64,000 nucleotides of DNA. It comes from Phoronis australis. Its lineage: Eukaryota > Animalia > Phoronida. The position numbers were made by a program, and so were the translations under genes. Below the pieces are notes generated by a model that worked only from the letters and a program-made list of their open reading frames with translations, was not told the origin of the DNA and searched no databases. Where the stretch lies: NCBI GenBank assembly GCA_002633005.1, contig NMRA01000306.1:188599-252598 (forward strand), read 5' to 3'. Shown one piece after another: positions 1-13,000 of the stretch (within the stretch, counting starts at the first letter, position 1; every line of letters begins with the position of its first letter).

Positions 1-1441
1 GCGTCCACCCCTCTATCAACCAAACTGCTCAAAGGATGATTGTGAAAATTGGCGTGTATGTGCTTACTATAAGGAAGACAGCTGACAATGATTTTCAGAC
101 GATTTGGACTACTGTGGCGCCTCCTAGTGGCAGTTTTGTTTTTTTGCGCCCATGGCTGTATCTCCCAAACCGTTTGCAGGATCTTTACTAAATTTAGCAA
201 GTGTATTTATGTGATGTTGACAACGGACGATGACGACTTTAGGATGATTCTGACTACCGGTATGCCTCTTGTGGCAATTTTAGTATTTGCCTCTAGTGGC
301 AATTTTAGTATTTTACATTGACCTCTGTATTTTCATAGGTCTTCAGGTGTATACTTTGTGTTACTTCGTGACTGTGAAGGAAAAGTAGAAATTTGTTTCT
401 GGCATTCTAATGCTGTGCTAATCTCGTATGTTGGTAAATTTGTTTTTAATTCTATGTTTCTGTGGTGCTTTAAGCAAATGGTGTATAGGATGTGCTTGTA
501 TTATGAAGATAACTCACATTTTGCCCCTCGCCTATTGAGGAGACTATGACCATGCCTTTCCATTTTGCAAAGTATGCCCTCTACTGGCCAATTTATGGTA
601 CCAATAAACAACCCTAGAAGGATACCGTATGCGGTGCAATTGTGGGCGCATTTCAACGCTCCGCGTTGCTCTTGTTGCAAATCGCGAATTCTTGACATCT
701 GCTAGACATTTGCTCATATCAAATCCATTAACTTTACCTCGTAAATATGCTTAAAATAAACTGCCATTTATTGAACAGGGTTTAGGTCCCACTGCAGAGT
801 GTTGGCCTACAAACACCAGATTGCAAGTTTGATTCTGCGCGGGGGCTGGTCTCAAAAAATCATGTTTCTCCGATAATTTCCCCTTAAAGTATCATTGTTA
901 CCAAACTACTTTCTGTGGTGTGTAAATGGTTATCAGTAGATGCCAATTATGACTGACTTCTTTGTTGCATATATCTGGTCAACACAGAACAAGTGTCAGT
1001 GATGAGAGACAGTACAACTGGCTATAACTGAGCAGACTCTGGGGATTATTATGCCGGGTGGCACTGTTTGCAAAATCTTACCAGTTGCGTATTTTCTAAA
1101 TTTATGATACCTTGTAGTCATTCCTTTACTCACCCAGTGACTTTTCTGAGCCTTTACTTTTGAAAGGGGACAAAGCCTTTTAAACAGTTTTAAGGTTTAG
1201 TCCTGCTTCCTCATGTTTCAGAAAACTTTGCTTGAAAGTATGATTTGTGTAACAAAACCAGGTCAAATTATCAGTCTATGAGAATTGTGTCATTGGTTAA
1301 AATATTTTACTAGTGTTCACATTGTGTTTATCTTACAACACCAGCTATTAAAAATCTCTTGTTTTCTAGTTTCACTTGTTAATAAAAATTGTTGTATTTG
1401 AAATGAAGATGACCTCTTCAGCCATGAAGCCATGAAAACCA

Positions 1442-1581
1442 GCCTCCCGTTCAGTAACGCTAAGACCTCGCTAAAAAGCAAGACTTCGCGAGATTACGTG
1501 AGATATTGCCGTGTATTTTAAATGAGAACACATGACTTTGACTAGGTTTTTGCTAGGTCCTAGCGTCTACTGAACGCACGC
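1442..1581. mobile_element. MITE of about 140 bp with imperfect terminal inverted repeats
   Basis: GCCTCCCGTTCAGTAACGCTA...TAGCGTCTACTGAACGCACGC; near-identical inverted copy at 40067-40217. Confidence 0.75.
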
Positions 1582-2689
1582 TAGCTTTCCTGGAGTGACG
1601 TCACAATTCATGACTTTTTGATATCAAAGGTTTTTTGTTTATATTTATTTTGTGTGCTTGCGATTTTGACTCTGTTCACATAAGAATTAATAAATATTAA
1701 AAAACAAAGTCGTTCAATTAACCACAGCAGACAGGAAGGAGATTAACGAAGTTTGACAACTTTTATTGTTAACACTTTTTATGACATAATTATTTATTTT
1801 TCGTTTGAAGTTGACGATGTTTACCAAATCCAACAAAAAGCAATACACGAGTTAATTTAATTTAGAATAGCAGAGGATTCTGTTCGAGCCGGGCACCTGT
1901 CTCAGATTCTGGGAAATAGTCCTATTTTGCGATAAACACAGAAGGTCCAGTTTTAAAGTGCTATACGTAAATAGGGAATGCTTTTTAATTGGATGATACA
2001 AAAGTAACACATTTTCGTATCTTCTACTACCATTTTATTCTCAAGAAAGTGGACAACCGTGACGGCATTCTTGTTATATTGTGTACTAACTGCATGTTCG
2101 TAAGCAACCGATCCGTTTCAAATAATACTTTTGCAAATTACTCTGCTGTGTTGCTGTAGGAAATAACGTAGGAGCTTAGATGAAGGCCGAGACAAGCTTT
2201 AGCTCACGATCTAGGCAATTATTGCAGTTAAGTCAGGTGCAAGAGCTCACGGGACACGTGGCTAAAAGAAGCTAGTAAAATTCCAGTCTCTATCAAAAGC
2301 AAAAACGAGTGTGTTCTCACTTCCTAGTAGACAGACTATTGTACTTTTGTTACGTTTTGCCTACAAATCGCATCGAATGTGCAACATGCTTATTAGGTTC
2401 ATACGGCCTGCTTTAAAAAATGCTGAAATGTTTTCATTTAGGCGTAGGCACCTAAAATTCACTTTTAGGCGCAGGCTCCGACCCATTTCCCACGGGAAAC
2501 CAAGTCGCAAGCTGGTCGCAGAAAGATCAGTAGATAAGCGTCTCCATTCTTTGCCGAAACGAGTGTAGGATTCTCTATTTCCAACAAATACGCAACAAAG
2601 AAAAGCAAAGATACGTTCGATAGGTGATTAGACCAGGCAACATGTGAACTTCCGTCGCATGGTTCTCGCTAGTTAAAACATTACCATAC

Positions 2690-2830
2690 CATAGAAGGTG
2701 CACCATAGGGGCCTGCGCCCCCGTACCTTTTTGAGTGCTGCACCGCCCATGGTCTATGGGCGGTGCACCCGAGCCGCAGGGGGGCTGGGGTGGACTATAG
2801 CCCCACTTTTTCAGGGCTGCGCCGCCTATG
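2690..2830. mobile_element. GC-rich MITE with a 5-bp TSD (CATAC)
   Basis: catac|CATAGAAGGTGCAC...GCGCCGCCTATG|catac; internal inverted junction suggests two tandem units. Confidence 0.65.
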
Positions 2831-3399
2831 CATACGAACTGCATACTACATCATTTGCCACTGAAGTGCATGTCTTAAAACCCGTTTTGTCGAAGGTCCA
2901 AGTCCGATCGTAGCTGACGGGCGAAAGCACGTCAGAGACGAGTTCGTTATTATTTTCTTTTTTAAGGACTTTTTCCGTTACCTTGCCAACGAGAACATCG
3001 AAACTATCAGCGACTCCTGAGAACGTTGCAGGGTTTATGATAATCTTTATTGAAATATATACACATGGCCATAGGCCCAAAGTATGATGCAAGACAGTAC
3101 ATTTTCAGGTACAGTAGGTGCGTTACAAACTGGATAGTAAATTGTGACGCTTGAGATGGATATTAGAAGTGGGGTATCCGGAGTTCTCATGAGAGATTCA
3201 AAATTAGATGTTGTGGGAGAATGACAAGTCATCCTTCCATTGGTACGTACTGCGAACTAACACAACGTCCTCTAACATCCCGAATTACATAACTAACACA
3301 ACCTATTTTCATAGGGAATATTTGTGTGGCGACCTCTTTCCACTAGTAACGAATGATTTGAGCATCGTAATAGAGTCGGAGAGTGGATAAAACACGTGG

Positions 3400-5200
3400 G
3401 ATATTTCTAAATAATTCTCTAGACAATACATTGTTTTGCACCTCACATAGTAAGGCAGTTTTACGTTTCATTCGATATTAGATAGCCAGCCTTGCAAATA
3501 ACAATCGCTGACGCGCTGGAAAAAACTGTCAAGAAATACGCTTAGTTCACCACACCCCAATTATCGATACATCTGAAAAACCTCATAAAGACAGAAGTTT
3601 CCTTACAAAACTTGCCCAGTTATAAGAAAATCAGGTCTGAGTGAAAAAGCATATCATATGCTGCTTTTACCCCACGATCACTAGGCATCTCCAGTATTTC
3701 GAACCAATATTTTATGCAGGATACAAAATATTTAGTGAACAATGGAAATCTACCACATTCTCCCAGTATTGCCAAGTTAGAGCAACAACTGCCTACTCCT
3801 GAAATCGGTTTACAAAACTTGATATATACATTTTCCAATTGTTTATATTCCTAATTAAAGCTCCATGTATCAGCAACATAACACAAAGAGAGGTAAACCA
3901 TTTTATCGAACAGGTGAAAGGCTGTCTGAGGTAGATCACGACATCTTCGCTATTGATTTACAAATTCAAAAAAATTGCAGAGGCAGATTTATTTGCTTGA
4001 TTGGGTAACGGCCTTGGTACACGAAACTTGGAGGTAATAAACATTTCAAGGTAGGCCTATTTGTAAAATGACACCACATCGACCAAACCATTTCTCATAT
4101 CGCCTAAAGGCTACCGCCATTTCTGAAAACAATCACTTTGGTTTTCTTTCATTATTAATATGTCCCATGAATCGCAAAATTCTGCCAAACAATTTAGTAT
4201 ACGTTCTAAGTTGATGGCGATAGAGGAACATAACACCATGTCGTCTGCGTACAGCAGGGAGTTGACCATTGGTACTTGTTCGTTGAGATATGTGCTATTA
4301 ATATATATTACTTTTTGCTCTCAATTGATCCAGAATTTCATTTAGATACAACACAAATCATTATGGGTTGATCATTCAACCCTGGGGGCTGCCAGCGGTA
4401 CAACCAAAGAACTCTGTAAGACCATCTTGCGTTTTAACGCAAGTGTGCAACTTACCATAAATAGAGCGGAGTATGTTGAAAATTTTATTGTGCACATCAA
4501 TGTTTTTCAATCTGAGGAAGAGTAAATTATGGGGGATTCGACCAAATGCCTTCGAGAAATCTACAAAGGCACAGCAGTAAAATCTACCACCCTGCCGACT
4601 CAAATACACGTGACGCATATCTTGAAGTGTAAACACTTGATCAGTCGTAGAGTAGCCTTTTCTAAAGCCAGCTTGAGACTCGTAAAGTTTATCATTATTT
4701 TCATCCCAGCAATAACGACGTTTATTCAAAAGTTTGGTAAAAAGTTTTCACAAAGTCTGGAGATAATACCCAGAATCAAAAATCGCATTAAATAACTCAT
4801 GCAAAATTGGCGCTATCGTTACCTCAGTGCACTTCAGCATTTCAAAAATCGCGCCACCATAATCCCCAGCCTTGCCATTAGGCAATTGCTCAATGGCCTC
4901 ATATACTTCAGATGGCAAAAATTCATTATCAAGATCAAATGAGTAATTGTTAGTACACTTTTCACAGGAACTATTGTGTTCAATCATATCCTGCGTCGGC
5001 AATTCACTCAAAGACTCGTCAATAGAAAAAAAATATTTCAATAAATCCTTGAAATAGTCGCGCCATTTCTGCGGACTAATTGTGGAAGAAGAGACAGGGG
5101 ATGTCCGCATGTTGGATTTAATTAATTTCCCGAACTCCTTACGAATATTTTCGGAACGTTTAACGAATAAGTTTTCATGGGTGATACGGCAGACTGCCAC
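3400..5200 (-). mobile_element. Decayed non-LTR retrotransposon ORF2 fragment (reverse transcriptase, CR1/L2-like group)
   Basis: Frameshifted segments: EVYEAIEQLPNGKAG, ESQAGFRKGYSTTDQVFTL, AFVDFSKAF, PQG, SLLYADDM (about 4238-4261), GECGRFPL. Confidence 0.9.
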
Positions 5201-5561
5201 AGCAAATCTGTAATGGACCTGACCGCAAAGGTTATTTGGATTGGCAACCCCGAATTGCTAATTCGGCACAGCTAGCCTACGCATGGCCTGCGACCGGGTC
5301 GCCGGTTCATTCATCAGCAATTCTAGATCTGGTGAACGTGATACCGCGCTTCGGTTACCAGGATACCAAACCCGGTCTGGTCCTTTAAACAAATTAAATA
5401 CGACATTCCCATTCAATTCCCTGTATCAGAATAATGCTAGATCCACTACAATCCTCGACAACCCTCAAAAGATAAGAGGAAAATTTGAGAGCTTCTTTCT
5501 AAGTTGATCTGTAAAAAAGGCAAACGTGACCTACTTCAACGCTAGCGAATTGACCAACATG

Positions 5562-5875
5562 TATCGCCAGGATTTTGACTGACGGTTTAACTGACCAATC
5601 AGATGGCAACATTTTTGACATACCTTCGTCAACGTCTCCAAGCCGCCATTTTAACCAACAAGTTGAAGAACACGTTGTCGGTGACTTTTAACAAGGGAGC
5701 GGAGCTTGCGATAGGTCAACCTATCGCCAGGATGTTGACTGATGGCTTAAATGACCAATCAGAACGCAATATTCTTAACACACCTTCGTCTACGTTTCCA
5801 AGCCGCCTTTTTACCCGACAAAAAACATGTTGTCGGTGACTTTTCACAAGGGGGCGGACTCTTGCGATTGGTCAT
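5562..5875. promoter_or_regulatory. Tandemly duplicated 160-bp promoter-like unit (CCAAT boxes, YY1-like motif, GC box)
   Basis: Units start at 5562 and 5722. TGACCAATCAG in both; GCCGCCATTTT at 5642; GGGGCGGA at 5851; ATTGG at 5867. Confidence 0.45.
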
Positions 5876-6487
5876 TGGCAAGGCAACTGTGGAGAGAGAC
5901 CACTCACCAAGCCGAATCATAATAACCAATCTGTTTTTATCTTTTAATGATGCAATAGCAAGTCACAGAACGAGGATTGGTTGATATCAAAAGAGGGTTT
6001 AATATCCTTTTAAGATACCGACTTTACACACCCACGCTGTAGGTATCAGTATCCCGATTTCACTGATCGGCTAGCCTGGATCAATGGGTTATACCAGGAG
6101 CTCATTGTCTGGATGCAGTCGTGTCGTTATCAGTTTGACAACGATAGCAAGGGAAGAAAGTTGGCAAAGCAATGTTTACATAGTCCAGCTCTCTCTTTGT
6201 CTACGTTCGTCTGTTAATCTCACATAATCCAGCATAGATGTTGTAAACTGTGCGCCTGACGCTAATTTAAAGAACACTATTTCCAAACAACGTTAACAAA
6301 TGCCGTGTAGAAGAAGTATTTTTATGAAATACCATCACCAAAAACTTCGAATGGAAAGATTAGACTGAACTTTCAACCGCTGATTCCTTTGCGTGACTGT
6401 AAGCTTTGACCCGCTTACAGCCACAGCACAGCGTACCAACACAATAGGCTTGCTTGTCAAGTTTAATGGAACGTGATTCTAGATCGG

Positions 6488-6643
6488 CAGTGGTGGATTT
6501 AGGTGTGTGGGGGGCCAGTGTAAGGGGCCTCCACAGCCTCACAAAAATTCTTCCAGATTCAATTTTTCAGTTCGGGGTGCAAATGTCTAATGGACAAAAT
6601 CCTGCCCTGGCCCCTCAAACTCAAAATCCTGCATCCGCCCCTT
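6488..6643. mobile_element. CAGTGGCGGA-type MITE with a degenerate 5-bp TSD
   Basis: atcgg|CAGTGGTGGATTTAG...ATCCGCCCCTT|atcag; internally similar to 10310-10617. Confidence 0.7.
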
Positions 6644-9149
6644 ATCAGATTATGGTGTTGGATTTTTGGTGTTAACAGTCCAGAGGAATGGTACGTAACA
6701 GACTGACATTTAAACAGGAGGAACTTTGATGTTTTTAAAAAATATCAACATTCTTCACGGGCGTATTTGCTTAACTCGGTGTCATCTCGTTCTTATCCTT
6801 TCGCCTGAAGTTGATTTCGCATACTGTCCCTTGATTTTGACTGCTTTGTAGTTGACTGAAACAAATCCACCGCTGCAAGCAGCATGAAGTCCTCGGCCCG
6901 AAGAAATGCCTTGTCACTTCTTCTCATAAAGCCAATCTAGACAAGGATAGGTTTCTGACAAAGTTTGGTTCGTTTTTGACAAAATGAGTCGCAGGTTTAT
7001 TGCCACCCTGGGAGTAATATTGGTCCTAGTTGCCACCACCAGTTCGCATTTACCACTACGGGACGAAAACGTCAAGCTTCACGCAAGTACATGTAATGCT
7101 GTTACGAATTTGCTCTTTGCTTTTACCCACGGACTATATATAAAGCCGTATGCGTCTAATTCCGGGCACTTCACAGCCCAAAGCGTGGATTTTTTGCGTG
7201 CCTCGTTATATTTATGTCTCAAATGCATTGTTTTTAAACCTAAAAAGAGGCCGCTTACTACTAGAATGGCGACTGCGTGACTAAGGTGTGTATGCGTTAT
7301 TTTTTTAAGTGAAAAACTAGCTTCTGGGTTAACCAACCAATATCTGAAGCATTCTCTTGAGTCTCTGATTGTATTGTTCGTACAGGAAATCAAGTGCTAT
7401 CACGTTGAGGAATTTTGTGAGACGGGGCTTATGAACTTTTAAATTGACTTTAGTTGATTCCATAAAATCATTCAAATGACATTTGGGATGAATAATTAGA
7501 TATAAAAGCAATACGACGCGTACTTATTACATATTCGATTAATGGTTTTCTTTACGCTATAACCAAAACAACCCCCAATTACATCTATAAGTCTATAGTG
7601 AACAACACCGAGACAATATATATAAGTTAGTGGCTGCAAACCTTAATCACCTACTTCACATAGGACAGAAAAGCTGAAAAGAAAGTTTTGTTGCCCATTA
7701 CGTCATGCTCGTTGTAACATTCTGTTTATTGACGTCATTCGCTTCCTCGATCACTAAGAAAAGACATCTGAAATCATTACATCGCTAATGATAGTTTGAT
7801 CCTATTCAGTACCACACGAACATACACATTGTCTTTGGGCGTCTAGCGTGTATTGCTAAGTGAGTTAGATGCGAGATGATCGATCTCCACTCCACCATTC
7901 TTCTCCATAATCGATCTCAGTAATTCGGATCGATTTAGAGTGAAGGACGTCTTGGCCATTCCTCTGGACACACCCCGGGGTCATACAAGGCAAACAGAGG
8001 CCGTGATCATATGCAGTCAAAGCGGCAACGGTGATCAAAAAGTACATAGTTACAAGAGTACCCCTTTCCTTTTGGGGTCCAAATACGTAAAATTGCAACA
8101 CGTAACAACCGGGTCGAAATCTGCCACTCAACTATCGTAAGCGCACACGTGTCCAGATGAAGATTACGTACATGTATAATCGACGGCGAGTGGAAAAAGA
8201 CGCTGCTTCGAAAATAGGCACATGGGCCTAAATACGCGCGTATATGGTAATAATAGCGATTAGGGAACTCTGAAGATTGAATTTTCAAAACCTGCTGCTT
8301 GGGTGTTCAGATAGGCTAGTTGTGTCAAAAGATCATCACCGTACGAAAAATAATTTCACTGAAAGTTTTTGAAAATCATCACACCAGATTCACTATATAG
8401 TCCGTAATTGTTTGCGTTCTAGACTCACAATTTGTTAAGTCGATTAAAAGTCAGCCAATGGTTCGCTGCACATTGATCACCAAACTAATTAAAGTCTCGA
8501 TTTCTCCGTATTTATATTTGGTTTGTACTGTTTTGTAGCAACACGAAACTGCAATCAATGTCAGACAAAAAGTTTCAAACATTTAATTGGCAGGTCCCAT
8601 CACTCGTTTGTGAATTTTGTATATTTGGGAAAAGGAGCGTACAGTGTTTACTGCCTTGTTCTCCACACCTATAAACATTCAGCTTGCCCACCATTTCCTG
8701 GGCCTGTGGAGGTCAAGAAATAGGGTTTAGAGGACCGTTTGGTTCTTGTAGCTCCACTTAACCGGCTCTTGAGCACCAAATAACTGTGGATTTATTATAC
8801 AAAAAGATTGAAATGACTTTTATTTACAAAAGAAATGTCAACAATTTCAACTTCGCACATCATTTTGTGTCGTTGCTCCAAAATTTATTTTGAAGAAGGT
8901 TGGTGTCGTGTTCAGAAAGCGTCGTTATAGAACAAATCTTGGGCATAACGGTATGTGTTGAATTCTGTTTAAACTATTTTTTGTTAGCAAAAGGTCCACT
9001 TCGTCAGAAATTCGAGCCCTCATATTAAAGGCTGGGTGCGCATGTGCATGGCTATTGTATTGCCACATTCTTGTTAACCAAAACTGGACACAGAACACTA
9101 TGGTAAAAAGTCCTCGTTAATTATGTTCAAAACACAAAGACAAAAAGAA

Positions 9150-9199
9150 TTGGAATGAAACAGAATCGTACATCTTGGAATGAAACAGAATCGTACATC
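9150..9199. repeat. 25-bp tandem duplication
   Basis: TTGGAATGAAACAGAATCGTACATC x2. Confidence 0.9.
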
Positions 9200-9957
9200 A
9201 ACAACAAATAAAACAGTCAGCAATTTGAGTTACGCATGATTAATTGTGAAGTACCATGCGTTTTACTGAATGGGTTGACTTTGGTCCATTGTCAAAACTG
9301 TAGTATGTATTATTCGACACGATATTGATCCAATAATGTAATATTAAAATAACAATGAAACAGGCATGTAGATATTTTTTAATCTGAACTACTGTATGGT
9401 GATGTTTTAATTTTATGTTTACGAAGACTCACGTTTGGTTCTGACTTGCATTTTTTAGAAATTTTGATCAACTGAAAAAAAATTCAGGAAATCGTCAGAT
9501 ACCCGTCTCAGAGCAATTTTTCGTTTGTTGTCAATAAGTGACATTTTACATTGATGTTTTGTTTTCTTGCATTAGTCACAACAGTCAATCAAGAATGAGT
9601 TAACGAAAATCAGAACAGATCTAAATAAAACAGACTCACGCATTATTATAATTTGTATTGCACCTTCAAAGCTGCCATCAACCTCATTCTACCTTTACGA
9701 AAGTCTGATTTCGCGCAAATTTCTAAACATAATGAAAATGGTCGAACCACGAACACGATTGACAAATTGTATCGACTCGCTATAGCAACGCCAAGCTTCG
9801 TTTCACAGTATCCGATAGTCAAAGGCGGCATTGATCATTAGTGCGCGCTTATTGGGTTATTTTCAGACCAGTCGGACCAAGCTTGCATCGGGATAGACAT
9901 TTGGGTTTCAAACTATTTGGCATGGTTTGATCTGCGAGGCAACTGTCAGCAAGTGGA

Positions 9958-10012
9958 ATGTTCCAACAAGAGATAGTCGCAGTCTTGTGTTTATTTCTTA
10001 TTTTTACTTCAG
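9958..10012 (+). CDS. Exon 1 coding part: signal peptide MFQQEIVAVLCLFLIFTS (exon probably starts at 9867 with 5'UTR)
   Basis: ATG followed by a hydrophobic core, strong donor CAG|GTAAGA in phase 1, upstream acceptor ttttcag at 9866. Linkage to downstream exons is inferred. Confidence 0.65.
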
Positions 10013-13000
10013 GTAAGATTCTAAAGTTACGATTACGCAGCAAAATCAAGTTTAAAATTAGGAACCAATATTTGCTCATAGTTTAAAGCCGTAAATCAGG
10101 AGGATACTGAAACGGTTGTTTGGTGATTTCATCGCAAACTGGTTCTCAACGTGTCACAACCTTTGTTAAAATAATCAGATGAAATCGAGTATGAAATCTT
10201 CTTCTGCCACAAAAAAGCAAAAAACTTTGATCTCAAATTTTTTGTTGTTACTTGAGAACAAGCTCTGAAAGTTGGCTTGTCACGACATGTCATGGTTCTA
10301 ACGAATAACCAGTGGCGGACTTAGGGGCGGGGTGCATGCCCCCCTAAAATTCTCCCAGATTCCATTTGTCAGTTCGGTGTGCGAATTGCTGACTAGCATT
10401 TGTGGGCACCCAGGGAGCTCGGGAGAAGGGGACGAATGCACAATGCACAGGCCTTGAACAAACCCCGTTTGTTTTTTGTTTTCTTAGTAATAAGGTCTAC
10501 AAACCCAAAAATTCGAGACCCCCTACATCCCTATATTTTAGACTGCGCATGAGGCGAAATTCTGGTTATTCCTGTGCCCTGGCCTAACCCCAAGTCAAAA
10601 TCCTGGATCCGCCCCTGATAACGAGCTGCGAACCCAATATTCGCTTCTCATTTGAGTATGTGGTCTAAATAAGAAGTTCGCTTCTTGGAGCGCCCGCGGG
10701 TTTATAAGCTCTCGTTCAACAAATCAGATGCCTTTGCCCGCAGCTGTCGACCAGCTAGCACAAGGCACCCTTGTGTTTGTCGATTTGGCAGCTTTTATAT
10801 AAAAATATAAAACCACCACCTATATTTTTTAGGATTGATGGAGGTCACCAAACATTATTTTGTTTCTTAGATGACTGTCAAAGTAGCAGGCTAGAATAGG
10901 CTTTAGCATTTATTTGAAACTTGCAAAATTATCATTTTGAAAATAATTTACCCTACACGACTGCTCAACATACTTGAATGGTAGCTGTCTTGATAGTAGT
11001 TTTTAAAAACCACAAACTGGCCAATTATCACACCACCACCACACAAATAACATTTATCAGAATGAACATAAGGTCCGGTAGCCGTATTTCGTTTGACTCA
11101 GGCACTGAAAAGTTAAGAAAAATAAGCTCAAGGTGTAGCTATACACAATTAGTTATTTTACAGTGGAACTTCTTCTCTAGTGACTTTTCGCTATGTACAG
11201 TAAAGCTGGAGTATTACGTATAAATATTTTCAATTAGGTTGACCAAAACTAAAGCATGACGACTGCAAAACTTCAAATGTGTTTATCCCAGTTCATAATT
11301 TCACGGATATTGCAACATGTTTGGGTTAATTTCTTGATGATGTATTGATAAATTTAAGGAATTTATACCATTTAAAATTTAATGCAAACGAACTCCGGGG
11401 TTTTATTAACAGCTGCAGTTTGGCCTGTTCATTTTAAATCGTTCTAAAAATTCCCTTACCGTGAAAGAACTTGTTTTTATTTTCTAAAAAAAGAAACACG
11501 AAGGAAAATCTTTTTACTGGTGTTGGCCAATTCTGAAATTCGAAAACGGCGCAGTGTCTACCATCCAATTTCTCTTGAGTAGGGCCTACATCCCTGATCA
11601 ACTGTTAGTTTGTCTCCTTTGTTAAGAACTTGAAGTATGTTGAAAGTGACAGCTAAACAGGGCAAAGGGCAGCTTTATCTGTTTATAAGGATGCCTATCC
11701 GTGTGTTGGTGAATTCACTCACAATTTGTTCTGCCACCTGACGATGTATTGCCAGCAGTACCTCTGCCAGCGAGAAATGTCTTGATCAGGGATGCAGGAA
11801 TCTCGCGAGTAAAAGTACTGCTGTCACGCTCTTCGCATTTCAGCATGGCGATATGCCGCAGTCTTGCGTAGTTTTGCGTAGTTTTGCGAGATTTTCCTGT
11901 TAACAAAGCACAGCCTAGCTAAGACGCTGTCTTGCCATGTACCGTGTAAAATACGCTTACAAGGAAGTCACGTGCGGGAATTTTCACCGCGGTCCTTTTG
12001 AGCGGCTTTTATTAGGGTCAAAGAGAGCGCGGCGACGGAGTCAGGTACAGTTGTGATGACTCCATTGCCCGATGCAAGCAAGACCCAATTAATTGTAATT
12101 ACCCGACCCTAAACTGTATTAAACTGTAAATAATGGCGAATTTTCAAAATGCAGTAACCACTAATTTTCGTTTAAAACGAACACAACCGCTGTATTCAGC
12201 TAGAAAAAAAACAACAACCAAGTACGGTATTCAATTTTTAAAAATCGATGACAAACTACAACTATTGGGTACGATTGAAGATAAACTACCGCGCGTATTG
12301 ATATGCTAGGTGGATATCGAACGCTGATCTCAGTTAACAATATCACATGGATTCATTTGTTAATATTCATTCAACCAGATTTTTGACCAGGAAACAGTTG
12401 TACTTGTGTACACTTTAATCTTTATTACTGACAAGGCGCTAGAATACTTACACATGTATAGTCAGTGTCACCGAAATTGTCCAGAAATTCCAAATCTTCA
12501 GTTCGGTTATCACCATATTTGCACTTTTGTATATATTTTATGATTTGAGCTCCAATAAATTTAATCTATAATGAGGAAAGTTCAGGGATGGGCTCACAAT
12601 GAACTTAACTAATTAAATTTCGCTGGCAATCAAAATCTACCACTGTTTCGGTACTTCAAGTTTAAAACTTAGATAAAAAATTATCAACCCGTTCCCGGTA
12701 AGAAAATAAAACAAGTGGTCAGAAGCATTAAGAATTAAATAACGAAAATCAATATGAAACATATCGTTCCTTTTGGAAGTGGCCCTTTGTGAAGATAAAC
12801 ACAAGTTAACCTTTTTAGTCATTTTGTAATATTTATAAAGTACCAAGTTAAAACTACTCTCCAGAGTTGCTGGCTGTAACTCTGCAAATGTCACAGAAAA
12901 CCAAATTGGGGGTACTAACAACAACCATTGTTGAGACAGTAATGCTAGCAATTACCTTTCCACTTCATTAGCCCAGATCTACATCAATGCAACGGGCGTG

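Noticed and set aside
339-1390. Terminal exon and 3'UTR of an upstream gene (acceptor at 338, AATAAA at 1381)
   Set aside because: Only generic signals and no recognisable coding sequence.
9922-9930. uORF ATG GTT TGA in the presumed 5'UTR
   Set aside because: Two-codon uORFs are common by chance and the UTR itself is inferred.
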